Assembly: GCA_964016885.1 (NCBI GenBank)
Contig: OZ024740.1
Location: 289,664,001-289,728,000 of the forward strand
DNA length: 64,000 bases
Direction: 5' to 3'
Source of the DNA: Eledone cirrhosa
Lineage: Eukaryota
The position numbers were made by a program, and so were the translations under genes. Shown here piece after piece: positions 28,764-42,770 of the stretch; position 1 is the stretch's first letter, and the number at the start of each line of letters is the position of its first letter. The notes beneath the pieces are model-generated. The model saw only the letters and a list, made by a program, of their open reading frames with translations. It ran no database searches and was not told where the DNA came from.

Positions 28764-28891
28764 ATAATAATAAATTTGAAGACTAAAATCTAAAGAGGGT
28801 TCGATAAGGATAAATATATATCAAATATATAAGAATCGTAGAGCAACCTTTTTTGGAATATTCACTTTCGCGTTCACAGATTGAATTTGTT

Positions 28892-28942
28892 AGTTTCAGA
28901 AGATCCCGTTAAGGGTGAAAGCAGCGATTCTTTGCTTAAACT
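28892..28942 (+). ncRNA. Type I hammerhead, variant core CAGAAGA (tandem copy, +229 bp)
   Basis: Identical motif to 28663-28713. Confidence 0.7.
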
Positions 28943-28961
28943 TTAATCTGTTATTTTAATA

Positions 28962-29006
<45 letters not shown>

Positions 29007-29243
29007 CTAAGGTGGGTAAAATTCCCGAGATCCATGGACGAGTTCTCTCCAGTGGTCTCTGTCCCTCATTATCGCTGCCATGTCCTGCGTCTCCAACAGA
29101 CCAGTGTCTGTCCTTAGGGCATCAACATACGTTAACCTTGGTCTTCCTCTTCTAGTGTGTCCATGTAGGGGCTCCCACGGGAGCACTGAGTGCAATGTCA
29201 ACTCTGGATGTCGGTGACCATGTCCAGCTAACCTAAGTCTCAG
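29007..29243 (-). mobile_element. RTE-clade LINE 3' fragment
   Basis: [22 protein letters not shown]; same family as 23860-24103 and 45470-46360. Confidence 0.8.
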
Positions 29244-29265
29244 TGTATATATATGTATGTATATA

Positions 29266-29301
<36 letters not shown>

Positions 29302-29319
29302 TGTATGTATGTATGTATG

Positions 29320-29383
<64 letters not shown>

Positions 29384-29395
29384 TGTGTGTATATA

Positions 29396-29436
<41 letters not shown>

Positions 29437-29444
29437 GGTATATC

Positions 29445-29793
29445 TATCTATCTACCTATTTATGTAATACTAAAACTCTGTGATTGCTTGCTTGTCTGTA
29501 ATGTAATACACCTATAAGGGTGCATAATGGGAAAACACTTTGAAAGGAAGTTGACCATGAAATTGGGATACAAATGGAATAAAACAAGTTTCGTGTAAAT
29601 CGGACTACCGGTTCCCGACATATGAGTTGTTATGGGTACCTTCATAAACAAAGAGAGAGAGAGATAGAGAGGAAGAGATAGTATTTGTGAGAGAGTAGAT
29701 TGAAAAAGAGACAGGGAAGGAGAATGGAGGAGAGAGAGAGAGAGAGCGCGCTGATGGTGTTGTTGTGTATACTTATATATGTGATTGTGTGTG

Positions 29794-29824
<31 letters not shown>

Positions 29825-30158
29825 CTATGACCAGTGTATATAGCTCACAGGCACCCATATATATATATATATGTGAAGCTAATAAACATTTGTCGTACTG
29901 CCTCTCTGTTCTGTCCCTGTTCAATTTTTTTTATTATATATATATATATATATACACACATACATACATACATATATGTATACACACACGCACACACACA
30001 CATATATATCTACATACACACACGTATATATATGGGCCTTTCAGTTTCATTTCACATTATATACATCTCTGTGTATATTTTGATTATTTAAAAATTATTT
30101 TTAAGTGAACAAGATTTTTAAAAAATGTTTTGAAGCGAACGTGACCCAACAGGTCTAG
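29445..30158 (+). mobile_element. Degenerate non-autonomous Helitron-like element
   Basis: Starts in tctatct..taatactaaaactctg, has internal microsatellites, ends ...caacaggtCTAG|T; weak terminal hairpin. Confidence 0.4.
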
Positions 30159-30802
30159 TAGTTTATAAAAATAAGGTAACGACCCTTAGAGACGGAAAAA
30201 GAAGTTGGTAGTGGTTCACTTCAAGGGATTGAAGCTTGTATCTTTCACAAAACGGATGAGTACACTAGCCATTGATCTAAGGAGCCTCCAACAACATCTT
30301 ACCGACTAGATTATAATCTATTTTATAACAATTGACTGTACATGCAGCTATTTTCTTCGCTTGATCGTCCTACATATACATATGTGCACATATAGTTAAA
30401 TTCTCTTCATAAACCCATCTCATATTAAGCGAAATAAAATAGTTCTACAGAGACATGCAAGCATACACAAACATAAATAGTTGTCTATATATTTGGACAC
30501 ACATACATATATATACACACGCACACATGCATACACACACATGCATTCACACACACACGCATGCATATATGATTATACATGTGTTATGTACATATGTTAA
30601 TGTGTATATTTTTGTGTTAGTATGCGTATGCGTGTATTTATGAGGATGTATATATACACGTGTCTGTGTATGTTTGTGTGCATATCTAAGTTAGACAATG
30701 TTTTTCCTAAAGCAATTTTTGGTTATCTAATGGCTAGAATTCATATTAGTTCCTTATCATCGCCTACAACATTGAACTTTCGGAAACATTTTGAACCGCC
30801 TG

Positions 30803-31146
30803 CCAGCCCTGCCAACCTCTAAAAATCAAAACGGGGAGTACCACGAAGAATGTGCCCCAAAAGGGGGAGAAATGAGCCAAAATAGGGAGATTTTACATAA
30901 TGAAAGTTATACCGATTTTCACAAGAGAAAGTGGGTAGGAGATCTTCCCGTCGGATGGGGAGAGTTGACAGATCTGTCTTGCTCCCATTATCAACCCCTC
31001 CTCATTTAACTTACTGGAGAGCTCCCACTTCCCACTGGAACTTTCTTGATGAAAGCTATACCCATTTTCACAAGAGAAGATATCTCTCACCTACCCAAAA
31101 GTGGGTGGGAGATCTCTCCGTCCGACGGGGAGAGTTGGCAGGTCTG
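30803..31146 (+). mobile_element. MITE-like repeat with partial internal duplication
   Basis: Matches 723-975; ends gttggcaggtctg. Confidence 0.6.
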
Positions 31147-31540
31147 CTCCTACTTCATCTTTAGCGCCGTCTTTTCACCTGCTCTTTGTTTTTTTTTTTG
31201 TTTTTTTTGTTCTCTCTTTTCTTTCTACTTAATTCTTCATTTGCCGCCTTCTACCCGTCTTTCTTTCATTCATTCATGAATAAGATACAATTGCTCTTTG
31301 ATAAGAACCCCGTATGTCTCGTGCAACCATGCTATTGCACCCGGAAAGTCCCCCACTTGGCACGATTTTTCGTAGAACATCATCAATTACTCATGCATGT
31401 AAATCTCCTCTCTCTATGAAAACAATGTTGTCCACAGGAAAGGCAAGAGCCTTTACAACTTAGCACTAGTGATGCCACAAACAAGTCGAAATGCAAAGAC
31501 TTACAGGAGAGACTGTAAAGCATCCCATCCGATGTTTTAA

Positions 31541-31671
31541 CAGTGGTTTTTAACTTTTTTCTATCGTGGCACCCCTTGAAAGTTTGAAATAACTTCCCAC
31601 ACCCAAAGGACTAGTGCATAAGATAAAATAACTTGAATTTGGGTGCTGGAACTCCAGGTTAAGACCCACTG
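31541..31671. mobile_element. hAT-type MITE
   Basis: cagtggtttttaac / gttaagacccactg termini; gttttaac repeated at both junctions. Confidence 0.55.
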
Positions 31672-32178
31672 TTTTAACAATTCCACCAACTCACTGGTCT
31701 GAACTGGTACTTTATTCACCGACTCTGAAATAATGAAAGGCAAAGTTGATCTAGATCAGGCATGTTAAACTAGGGGTCCCCGGAGAGCCACATCAATCAC
31801 ATATGTGTCGTCTGAGGGCCACACATGACAACTAATTTTTTATATTTCATATTACGAAGATAAAACATGCTCGCGCTGATCTTGGTGGGATGTGAATTCA
31901 GAATGCTGAGAGCCGAAAGAAAAACCGCGAGACATTTAATCCAATCCTAACGACTCTAGCACCCAATTCTCTGTCAGTTTGCATATATGGTCTACATGTG
32001 AAAAATAAATAGAAATAAAAAAGGTTCCGGCTTAAATTAGAGGTACTCGACATGAAAAAAAAGAAAAAGATTAACAAAGGTCATAAATTTAGTTAGGGAA
32101 GAAAACTAAGACTTTTACGCTCTAGCCTATAACTCTTAGGTTATCTTTAATTAAACAAACCCAGAATCAAAAAGGCGT

Positions 32179-32211
<33 letters not shown>

Positions 32212-32265
32212 ATATATATAGTGACGAAACATAAGTCAATTGCATGAACTCATAATCCTTTATTT

Positions 32266-32321
32266 ACTGCTATATATATTTCGATGATAGCCATTGAATA
32301 GCTATGACCTCATCAGGCAGT
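32266..32321 (-). ncRNA. Minimal type I hammerhead (stem III = TA palindrome)
   Basis: actgc-CTGATGA-ggtcatagcta..tggctatcatc-GAAA-tatata-TA-gcagt; relatives at 51123-51177 and 60870-60925. Confidence 0.8.
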
Positions 32322-32973
32322 TAGTCAGTTCTTAGATATACCAGCTCTGTGTTTATAGTGTTGATGGTATCAGAGCCTTGGGATATATGAGCTTGTTTGG
32401 AATAATTTAATGTTGTCAGCAGCAATAGTCTTGATTCTCATTGGTCAGTTTGTAGATGGTAGTAGGGTTGGTATTTGACCTCAAAGAGGCAGGTGGTGTT
32501 GTAAAGTTCAAACCGTCAGGCAAGATGACAATAGTTCCATATGACTGATTTTCACAAAAAGCATTCCTGGTCAGATATATATTCAATTAAGGTTAATAGT
32601 ATGAAATAGATACTACAGGTCATTCTTAAATTGAGGAATTTATGTGGAGTGGTGCTACTGAAATTTATGGTTAGAGTAGAACATTTACAAATAAAAAGAC
32701 TTATGTAGGTTGGCTTGCACGTACACTCACACCCACCTCCACAGACACACACACACATCCAAAAATACAAAATGTGGGGTGGTAATACTTAAAATAATGG
32801 TTAGAGTCCAATACTTAGATAGTTTAGAATATTTAGAAATAAAAGGTTTATGCTGGTTGACTTGTACATACACTCACACCTACCCCCTCAGACACTCACA
32901 CATCTACACACACAAATCCATACAGGTGTATATATATATATGTATGCATGTATGTACGCACAAGTATATATAT

Positions 32974-33004
<31 letters not shown>

Positions 33005-33048
33005 CACATAACATACATATATATAAAATATATATATATAAAATATAT

Positions 33049-33245
33049 GAACCAGTAAGACCCCGACAGCTGAGCTCAAGCCGTTTCGACGGCTAATTCT
33101 GGACTGAGTCCAGAATTAGCCGTCGAAACGGCTTGAGCTCAGCTGTCGGGGTCTTACTGGTTCCTATTACCCACTCTACTACCTCAAGTATTGAGTACTT
33201 TGGTGCGTTATGGTCCACCTGGTTCCTTACCACATTTCCTTCGTT
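33049..33245. mobile_element. Penelope-type pLTR fragment with 57-bp-arm fold-back palindrome (33049-33163)
   Basis: Centred on ggact-g-agtcc; same family and turning point as 18130-18250. Confidence 0.8.
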
Positions 33246-33449
33246 ATATATAAAATATATATATATATACATAAAATACACACATACATAAAATATATAC
33301 ACACATAAAACATACTTACATATATATATATAAAATACACATACATATACATATATATATATAATATATACATATATATACATACATATATATAAATACA
33401 CATATATATACATATATAAAATATATATATATACACATGATATAGACAT

Positions 33450-34490
33450 ACAATCAGGTTCAATAAAACGTGGTTTAGATGACTTCTAACCAGTAGAGGA
33501 TCCGGTGGACCATCCACCATAGGGACCACAAACTATGGGTGGTTGTTGTTGTCCATTGGTCATTGGTACGGGATGTAGGGGACCTACAGGAGGGGGGGGG
33601 GGGCGTTGTGGGAGGCCGTAACCGGGGTTTATCCATATAGCTTGAGGAAAGTTCCCGTCCTTAGGTGTCTGCAGGCACCGAATAAGTCGGCCCTTCTGTT
33701 TAATAGCTTGGTTCCGCCATGAAGAATCTTGAGTGTTTCACTAAGACAGAGGTTGCAAATACCAGACCCGCCTCTGTCTGGGGGAACCTTTCTAACCACG
33801 GACCTACCAGAGAATGCGGGGTCTTTTCAAGTTTGAGCTTCCAGATCAATTCAGAAAGGGCCGTACATTTCCTCTTATCTATTCTGTTAAAGGAATGGCG
33901 ATGGTTATACCACCGATCTTTGAAGCTCGTGCTGTGGATCCTATGTAGTGGTGCTCCGAGTTAGGGGTTGTGACCTTGCACCTGTAGACTACGTTTTTCG
34001 TCATGCATTCATTACTAAGGGGGCATAGTGATGGGTCTCTGCAATTACATGACTTCTTAAGCCCCACCACATGTACCGCGTGGTTACCATGATTCGGGGT
34101 TGGCTGGGTAGCCTCCGCAATCAGCACAGGGTCGTTGGGTTCCGGTGTGCTAGTTGGGCCTGTCCGGGTTCCGTTGCGTCCCGCGTGCTGGTTCTGTTGG
34201 GTGGCTCAGGGGTTTACGGTGGTATTAGAGGCATTGAACCTATTCCTATTTATGCCAGCTATGTGCTGGGCTACGGAGCGTGTGGTTGAGTAGGAAAGTT
34301 TCACCGTGTGCCTGTTGAATATTTTATGGTACTTGTGGGTCCTAGGGAAACATTTATTTATCCAGTACTCTAAAGAATGTTCTAGCCAGGTTGGTACGTA
34401 GACCCACCGAGTACGGAGGGTTATACCCTGTGACCTTCCTGGTCCTATTCTTGCGGGGTTGTTGGGTGTCCGCCGTGGGCCATCGCGTGG
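33450..34490 (-). mobile_element. Penelope-like element fragment (linker + GIY-YIG)
   Basis: INKCFPRTHKYHKIFNRHTVKLSYS, KSCNCR..CPL..CMTKNVVYRC..YIGST; frameshifted. Confidence 0.85.
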
Positions 34491-34499
34491 TTGTGCACA

Positions 34500-35112
34500 G
34501 CTCAGGTATATAAAAAGGCAGTTGTTAAGGGCTTCCTGGGCAACTACAGAGCTGAAAACTACCAGCAACTTGTGCAGGATTTAATAAAGGCTTTTGGCGC
34601 CATAGGATGTAGGATGTCGCTTAAACTCCATATGCTGGACGCTCACCTGGAAAAATTCAAGGACAATATGGGCGCCTACTCAGAAGAACAAGGCGAACGA
34701 TTCCACCAAGATGTGAAAGAGATAGAGCGGAGGTACCAGGGCCACTACAATGAAAAAATGATGGGGGACTATATCTGGGGGCTAGTGCGGGAATGCGACC
34801 TGGACTACATTCGCAAATCCAGGAAATCCAGTCATTTCTGACGTGTATAAGTTGCTTTATAAGTGTTATTTATTTTTACTTGTTTGCTTTTGATAAACTT
34901 GTGTAATAAAATAAATATATACTCTGTTGATGAACTGATAAATTTAAAAAAAATGGGTTTTTTCTTGAAAAATATGAAAATTTCGAAATATCAAACTTCT
35001 GACCATAAACCCAAACTTATGATTAAATATACGTGTTTTTTGTATAATAATAGGATATAACAAACCAGGAAATGATACTTAAAACCGGGGAACAAATAAT
35101 ATGTTACACGGT
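34500..35112 (+). mobile_element. Chapaev3-like (CMC/Transib-related) transposase C-terminus and right end
   Basis: FLGNYRAENY..GCRMSLKLHMLDAHL..SEEQGERFHQD..RYQG..MMGDYIW motif; family assignment from memory of the motif. Confidence 0.65.
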
Positions 35113-35618
35113 ATTATGTTTATGATCCGTTTAAACTCATTAATACACAGAGCGGTTACCAGCCCAGGAACAATTAGAAATTTGCGTTGGAGCTCTGAAA
35201 TAGCGATGTATATATGACTGTACATATTGTATGTTTAATAATATACTATATATTTATTTAAAAACATTTGTATACACTATATACTAGTGCGATTTGCATT
35301 GGTATCATTGACTAAATATTTCTGTAGTATCTATGTAGACGGAAATACTAATGGAAACTGAGTAGGTTGTGGTATCTGATTTGTGGAAGCAATTAGATAT
35401 GAAAGTAATCGATGGAACATCCCCGCCTTCTTTTGTACGCATAAATACACCTAATGGATTCTGATTTATTTATTTAGCGGCCAATATTCTTAAAACATGA
35501 GTTATAACCACTTAATATTTGGTATCTATTTATCCCTCCATCTTACTCTCTCCCTCTGTCCCTCTCTCTCTCTCTTTCTCTCTCTACACACACACACTCA
35601 CATACACACACAGACACA

Positions 35619-35661
<43 letters not shown>

Positions 35662-35729
35662 ACACACACACAGACACACACAGACACACACAGACACACA
35701 CACACATATATATTTATATATATAAATAG

Positions 35730-36490
35730 AAAATTAACAACGACAACGAACTAAAACAAGGCAAAATGAAAAACACTTTTTTTAAGGAAAAATCTTAAAT
35801 TTTTAAAAATACAAACGAAAGACTCAGATCTCAAGGGTCATCAACCGTTGAGGTGAATTTTAAGAGTGTCGGCCCCTACCAACGGTACTGCTGGTCCACT
35901 CGGGGTCACAAAGTTTGACACATGCCAAAACGTGAGTCTCATGAATGAAACCGAGGAAAAAAGAAAGAAAAAAAAAGAAACGAAGAAAAAAGGCCAGAAG
36001 AAGAAAGTAAGATATCGTTTTGAAACATGTAAGCCATTGAAATTAATGGGTCAAATTAGTAATGATAAACTTAAGAAAATTAACAAAGAGAGGACAAGAC
36101 AACGAACGAAAACAAGGCAAAATGAAGCAGAATTTTTATGGGGAAGCACGAACTCCAGTGTCATCAGCCGTTGAGATGGACTTAGGCAGTTTCGATCCCT
36201 ACCAACAGTAGTGCTGGTCCGCACGGGGTCACAGCGTCTGACACAAACCAAAACGTTGTCCAAACAATACCGTTTTTCCAGGCATCGAAGACGTTACTTT
36301 TTTCCTAAAATAAGTTATAAAAATCTACAATGCGTCCTGGAGGCCGAATTTTTTTTCAAATTTTTGAGAGTGCATCCTCGTAGATGAAACATCTTCGGCG
36401 CGGGGAAACACAGTAATTTATAGCAGTTAAGCTACAACAGTTACACATAAAATTCTATGTGACATCAGGCAAAATCTGTGGTGCCTCTTA
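35730..36490. repeat. Dispersed repeat, two tandem partial copies (also at 5655-6020), with a pogo-like MITE at about 36268-36416
   Basis: Shared blocks gaaaattaacaa..., ccctaccaacggtactg..ggggtca; MITE termini taccgtttttcc / ggaaacacagta. Confidence 0.55.
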
Positions 36491-36599
36491 TAATGAATTA
36501 AATAAAAGAAAAACAAGGAAAAAGGAAGGAAGAAAAAAAAAGGACAAAAAATATATACATTAGTTGAAGAAGGATGTAAGCAAATGTAGAAGACTAAAA

Positions 36600-36835
36600 T
36601 ATTACTGTCCAACGTTGACGAAAAGCTCGGTCGCTCTCCGACAGGTTTGTGGTCGTGCCCTTTGCAGTGGAGACTTCTGGTGTACTTGGCCCTAGGGCTA
36701 CCTCCCTACTCATGACCATAGGTGCTGAGCTGGCCAGCCGCAGATGTGAGCCTCGCGAGATGGAATCGCTCTTCCAGCGCATCTCCCTTACCATCTTTCG
36801 GGGAAACGCCATCTCCATTCTGTCCGCCGGGGCTG
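36600..36835 (+). pseudogene. CRE-clade non-LTR element C-terminal RLE fragment
   Basis: VVPFAVETSGVLGPRA..LFQRISLTIFRGNAISIL. Confidence 0.75.
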
Positions 36836-37513
36836 TGGGGCGGCCAGCACATGGGACCCCATTTGCTCACTATACAGAGAGATGGGGAGGGCGAGAGAGA
36901 TGGGGGTAATGACGGTGGGAATTCGGCTCTTCCGTGCTCATTGCACCTGTCATGTGGATCATGTGATAGTAGACGGTTTTATCTCTTATAATGAATTAAT
37001 TCAATGATAACTAATTGTATTTGAATGTATTTTATTTATTAACTACCAATCAATTATCTTAATGTTACCATTCTTGATGTCTTGTATAGTGGATTATTTA
37101 CTACATTACATTCTTTTCAATGGGAAAAATGCCAATATTTATAAAGGAGTGGTAATAGAGGAATAAAAGGGAGAAAACTAGTGTACAGCATAGTCAATTA
37201 ATCCAATTATTATGAGTCCAAATATAAATTTATAACCAGGATAGAGAAGTTTTAAATTCATCATCCGAATCGACAAAACCCCAAATCTCATTCGCTTACT
37301 CGTCAGATCAAAACCAAGGAAATGATTTTGAATTAATATTCACTTTCTGAATGAAATGCTCACATCAAAGGGCTTGCCGCCCTCTACATCTGTATACATG
37401 CTACATTTTGTGCAAATTTTTATGAGAAAATTCCCTCAAAACTCCATGTGTTAGAATGTATGAATATATATACATTTTCTATGCATGTATGTGCTCATAC
37501 ATAAACATATACA

Positions 37514-37562
<49 letters not shown>

Positions 37563-37596
37563 ACATGTGTGTATGTGTGTATATATACATACATGT

Positions 37597-37660
<64 letters not shown>

Positions 37661-38254
37661 TTGTGTATTTGTGTATGTGTGTACACGACATATTTAGAGT
37701 GAAAATTAAAGGGAAATCTATGAATAGACGCATGTTGAATGGCACATGTTATGTTACCGTCTCAGACTTCCCCACTAATACCAATATCAATTTAATGATT
37801 TCAGCACGACACCACCATCTCTACAACTAACAATAACAACAACGATAACAACAATGACAATATTACTTTCATCTAAACAGCCAATATCACAAGAAACCAT
37901 TTCTATAATCAAAATTTACCAATATAAGTGCCACCTCCTCAACGACGACCACTATCGCCAACAAACAACGCCTCTTCTCACATTTCATTACCATCACCAC
38001 CAACACCACCATTACCACCAACACCACCACAACCACCACTATCACCACTACCACCACCACTATTATAATCATACCACTACTACCATCACTACAACCACTG
38101 CTGCTGCCTACATTACGAACCACAAATCCAATAAACATAACAACCGGCACGAAATTTAGCACGAGTACAATTCTATTGAATGAAAGACATACTCTTGTTC
38201 TGTAAGAAGAGAGAACAGTGAAATCACGCGTGCCTATGCGCACTTCTCTCTCTC

Positions 38255-38294
<40 letters not shown>

Positions 38295-38559
38295 CATGTG
38301 CTTTTTTCTTGTCTAAAACGTATTTCCCGTTTCCTTTTTTGTATTATTCCCATCTATCTCATTTCTTTTCTCTCCAGATCAACATCTCTTCTCTCTCTCA
38401 ATCCATCTTCCCATGAAGGACTAAAGTCCGAAAACGTCAAAACTGTTTTTTTCCTACTATATCAAGCATTAAACTAGCATATAATCATCATTGTATTGTA
38501 TCGTTCGTTTGTTTTTACCTTGTTGACTTTTCTTATCTATGTATATAAAATAGCTCGTT

Positions 38560-39330
38560 CAAGAAATCGTGAGGGTATTGCAAGAAATACATTCTTGCTT
38601 TGTAGACCTTGAAAAGGCATATGACCGCGTTCCTCCGGACCTGCCGTTGTAGGTTCTGTAGGAGTATGAGATTGAAAGTCAGCTTCTTGCTGCCCTCGAG
38701 TATTTGTGTTCGGATAATCGGTGCTAAGTCGAAGCCATTTAATGTGGGAGTCGGACTCCGCCAAAGGTGCGTACTGTCACCTCTTCTGTTCATTATTTTC
38801 ATGAACAGGATTAACATACGCAACCGGGTTGGAAGTGGTGCCACGACTGGCGGGTGTAAAATCGGTTGGAATTTGCAGATGATATGGTGTTACTTAACTC
38901 GACAGAAGGTGATCTCCTACTTGCACTTGATAGGTTTGATACCAAGTGCTGCATGGCTGAAATGAAAATCAGTTTTGCGAAAACTGAGACACTCAACTTC
39001 TCAAGGAAGCCTGCCCAATGCACTCTACATGTAAATGGAGTTCCACTGAAGCAAGTAAAGGAGTTCAAGTATCTCACGAGTTACGGAATGTGGTTAGAAT
39101 GTCTCAGGAAAGAATCGCTGGACAGATTTTACGGGCAAAACTGGCAGGTGACCCAGGAGTAGATCACGACCAAGATGGTTAGATAACATCCATGATTTCG
39201 GCTGGTGTCACTTGGAGATCCAACCGGATCAGTTGGAAATGGTTGTTTCTGACAGGACCCGCTGGAATGAGTGTAAGAGGACTCTGCTCCCCTCCCAGGA
39301 CGCTCTCAGTAATAAGTAGGCGAACAAGAA
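38560..39330 (+). pseudogene. Degenerate, internally deleted RTE-clade RT
   Basis: FVDLEKAYDRVP, VGLRQRCVLSPLLF, EFADDMVL, KEFKYL in shifting frames. Confidence 0.8.
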
Positions 39331-39449
39331 GAGAAGATATTTGAAACTTCTAATATAGCTTTTTCTTGTATGTTATATATCTTGTAGTTGCAATATGATT
39401 TCATACTTTGTTTCTTTATCCCTTTCATACCTTGTCTGTGCTTGGGTTT

Positions 39450-39740
39450 TCATATAACTGTTGAAATAAATAATTTGGTTCTTCTTCTGGAAGTAGCTGG
39501 AGTGGTCTAACTTTTAGGTAGACTTGTCCTTGGATCTTAAAAGTGGTATAAAACCACCTTCATGGATGACATTTGCACCAAATGATGTCATTTGGAATGG
39601 ATTATTGTACTTCTGGATATTTTGAAGAAAGTGTCTTGATTCAGTAGTTGTACCAATGATCAGTCCCTTCTAGAGTTCTGGTGGTTCAGGTAATAGGTTA
39701 AATTTAATCTTTCCATTTAAACAGCACAATTCTGTTGACT
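39450..39740 (-). pseudogene. Helitron RepHel N-terminal fragment
   Basis: Minus-strand translation LCCLNGKIK..LPEPPEL..HFLQNIQKYNNPFQMTSFGA..FKIQGQVY, a characteristic Helitron motif. Confidence 0.7.
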
Positions 39741-40051
39741 CACCGTTCTATTTTTAGTGCTAAATTTTGTTCATTTACGAAATTTGAATTAAAAGATCCG
39801 AGGTATTGTCTTATGGATTGTAACTAAAAGCAGCATAGTTCCACTCGGCATATTTCCACCAAAACAAATAAAGGAACAACACAAAGAAATAGAAGTAACG
39901 ATTTAGTAATACATATCTTGAATAGTTATCGTCCTTAAAGAACGAAGTTTCATTTAACTGGGAGATTCTTAAAACTAAGCACGCAACACACAACACACAA
40001 AAACAAGATGGTGTAGGGCAGAACAAAGGAGAGACACAGAATAAAAACCTA

Positions 40052-40094
40052 GTCACTGAGGAAGTCACAGAATGTGTGAAGAAAGATCTTTGAC
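40052..40094 (+). ncRNA. Minimal hammerhead (stem III palindrome agatct)
   Basis: gtca-CTGAGGA-agtcaca..tgtgaa-GAAA-gatc-TT-tgac; relative at 50244-50286. Confidence 0.6.
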
Positions 40095-40394
40095 AATATA
40101 TAAACAACCTTCCGGTTATCGAACCAACCAACCAACCAGCCAACCAACCAACCGGAAACTTATAATAAAATGAAGTGAAAATTAATAGGTGCGTGTGTTT
40201 TTATTGGCAGCATGACCCTCCCAAAGTATAACAATATTCTTAAAACGTTTTCCACCTTCATATTTATTGCAACACTTGTTCTGGTTCTAAACTCACTCCA
40301 CGACTACAAATCCGGACACCTCTCTTCGTAATGTTGAAGAACACAATATAACAAAATACCTTGAGCTGATCGGCAGTTTTCTGTTTGTACTATC

Positions 40395-40577
40395 GTGGTT
40401 GCTATCATGACCTCCGATGTCCTCTGTCCCCGGATTGCCATTTTTCTCCGCAAAATCAGGAGGAGTGCCTCTCATTTACGAAAGGAACACCGCAATATGG
40501 AACGCTCGATGCAGCTGATAACGCTTGCTGTTCTCCGCAGCAATGCTTACACCACCTTTTTCGCAGCTCGCAGTTAA
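40395..40577 (+). pseudogene. Possible CRE/NeSL-like non-LTR C-terminal remnant
   Basis: MQLITLAVLRSNA resembles the QRISLAIxRGNA terminal motif. Confidence 0.35.
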
Positions 40578-42019
40578 AATTTACCAGCCAGACAAGGCTA
40601 TAGAATTTTCTTCCTCTCTTCCCCCTTTTACAAATCATCCCCTCTCTTTTTTACTGTCTTGGTTATTATTTAATTTATTTTCAAATACTTTCATTACTGT
40701 CTGTTCAAATACGGTTGTTAGCTATACACATGTAATATACACACAAGTATTTGTAGAATTGGATGTAAATGTGTTTTTCCACGTATTTGTTCTCCACTTT
40801 TTATCTTCAATTTTATTCTTTCTTTCTTTTCTTTTCATTTTTTCTTCCCCCCCCCCCATTATTTCTGTTTCTTTTTCTCCACTCGATTCTTTCTTTTTTC
40901 ATTATTTTTACTGTAAACATTATATAATCCAATTGAAATTTGTTGAATAAGGTATAAACTGATAATTCATTCATTTCCTTTTATTCTTAAAACGACGAGG
41001 CTTTGACTGGATATCGTTGTTATGGTAATATTGTATTTATAAATCAACGCAGATCGCGTATACGTTGTCACTAGACATATTAGAAATAGAAAGCAAATTT
41101 TCGCTAAATCCCACTCTACAATGTTACAAAAAAAGACAAAAAGAAAAAGAGCGCCTTGAATATTCTGGTCCTGGATTTTTTCTAAAAATATAAGAAAGGA
41201 AAGGCAAGGAGCCAATCATATAATCGGATCAACAAAACAATGTTTCTATTACATGAATTGAGTTTCGAGGCAGTTTGAAAGCATTGTGATAGAATTATAA
41301 ATTAATTTAAATAACTTAAAACCCCAGAAAATGCGTATGAGGAAATAAAACCTAGTGTTTTATTTAAAATGTTCAGCCATAAAAGACTTTTTATCAATGA
41401 ATCGGTATAAGATTCTTTTCCAGGCCATAACTTTTTTTAGCGTTCCCATTGGTGATATTATCTGCTGGTCGTAACTGCTGGCAGGAAAGATTTTATGTGT
41501 AGTATTATAGTTAAACAAGAAAAAGATGAGATGGCTATGCCTGAAATACTTTTGGTCCTATGTTTGTTTGATCTGGGTTAATCTGGGGCTAAACGACAAC
41601 AGCACAAGCAATATAAAGCAGCAGATATAGCAACAGCAACAACAATAAAAATAAAAATAAAAAAGTAAAAAGGACAACAGAAATCAATTTTCATGAAAAC
41701 TGTCTTTTGTTTCACAGAGATACCATTTCAGCTGTCTGATGGTAGAGTACTATATCATGTGTATAAACACGGAAACGCATAAATACATAATAAATATATA
41801 CTCACATACATATACATAGATACATACACACACACACGCTTGTCGCAGTATCATGGTTTCGAGAATTGTGAATGGATATATATATATAATAGGATATATG
41901 TATCGTAGGAGGGGAGGAGATAGAGAGATACAGAGAGGTGCGATACAGATTACTAAATGCTGATAGCCGAAGCGAAATGTGTTCAATGCTTGAGGAGTTA
42001 ATATTCTCTGAAGAGCCCG

Positions 42020-42208
42020 CAGTGGATTGGCAGTATCAGTAGAGAGTCGGACGCCATGCTTTGCAGCAAAGAGTTACGGCCCTTTATGGTCTGAGTTCAA
42101 ATCCCACCAAGGTTAACTTTGCCTTTCATCCTTACGGGGTCGATAAAATAAAGTACCATTAATGTACTGGGTAATTGCTGCCCTTGTGCCAAAAGTAGAA
42201 ACAATTAT
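42020..42208 (+). mobile_element. SINE family A
   Basis: Full-length match to other copies. Confidence 0.85.
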
Positions 42209-42770
42209 TCTTTAATGCAGGTGAAACATTGTGTAAGAATTGTATAAATAAGTTGTTATAACGGTTAGCGACTCCTTCATTTATTCACTTGTTTATATAT
42301 ATATATTAGAAAGTGAGGTTTTTGTTACAAAATGAAAAATAACCGAGGTGTCCTACACGAGTGAAAGTATAAAGAAAAAGAGATGAAATCGAAAATGCAA
42401 CTGTAGTCTTATTTAAAAAAAAAATATATATATATTTATTTGGTTCCTTTACCGGTTTCGCAGTTCTTCTGCTTTTCAAAAGGTGAGTTGAGATGGAGGG
42501 TCTGTGGTTTTTCTCACATCTCTCTCTCTCTATATATACGTATATATATATATATATATATTGATGATTTCTCCCGAATGAAACAGTTCTAGTCCTGTAG
42601 AAGCCATTTCTATATTAAATATTTATACTCTGTTATGTATTGAGTACCTTACTTACTGGGGTTTCCCCCGATTGACCCGGAATATATTTATCTTTTACCA
42701 CTTACTGTGCCCCTCTTAACCATCACCAAGAAACCATGCTGACCAAACTCGATATATATATATATATATA

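Noticed and set aside
36150-36200. Minus-strand GAAA followed by CTGATGA (type II hammerhead order)
   Set aside because: Stems I-III could not be formed and the core is not conserved in the related copies
37854-38159. His/Thr-rich ORF
   Set aside because: Degenerate (CAC/CAT/CAA)n trinucleotide tract
38415-38445. atgaaggactaaagtccgaaaacgtc and similar motif near 47253
   Set aside because: Probably eroded hammerhead relics; core incomplete
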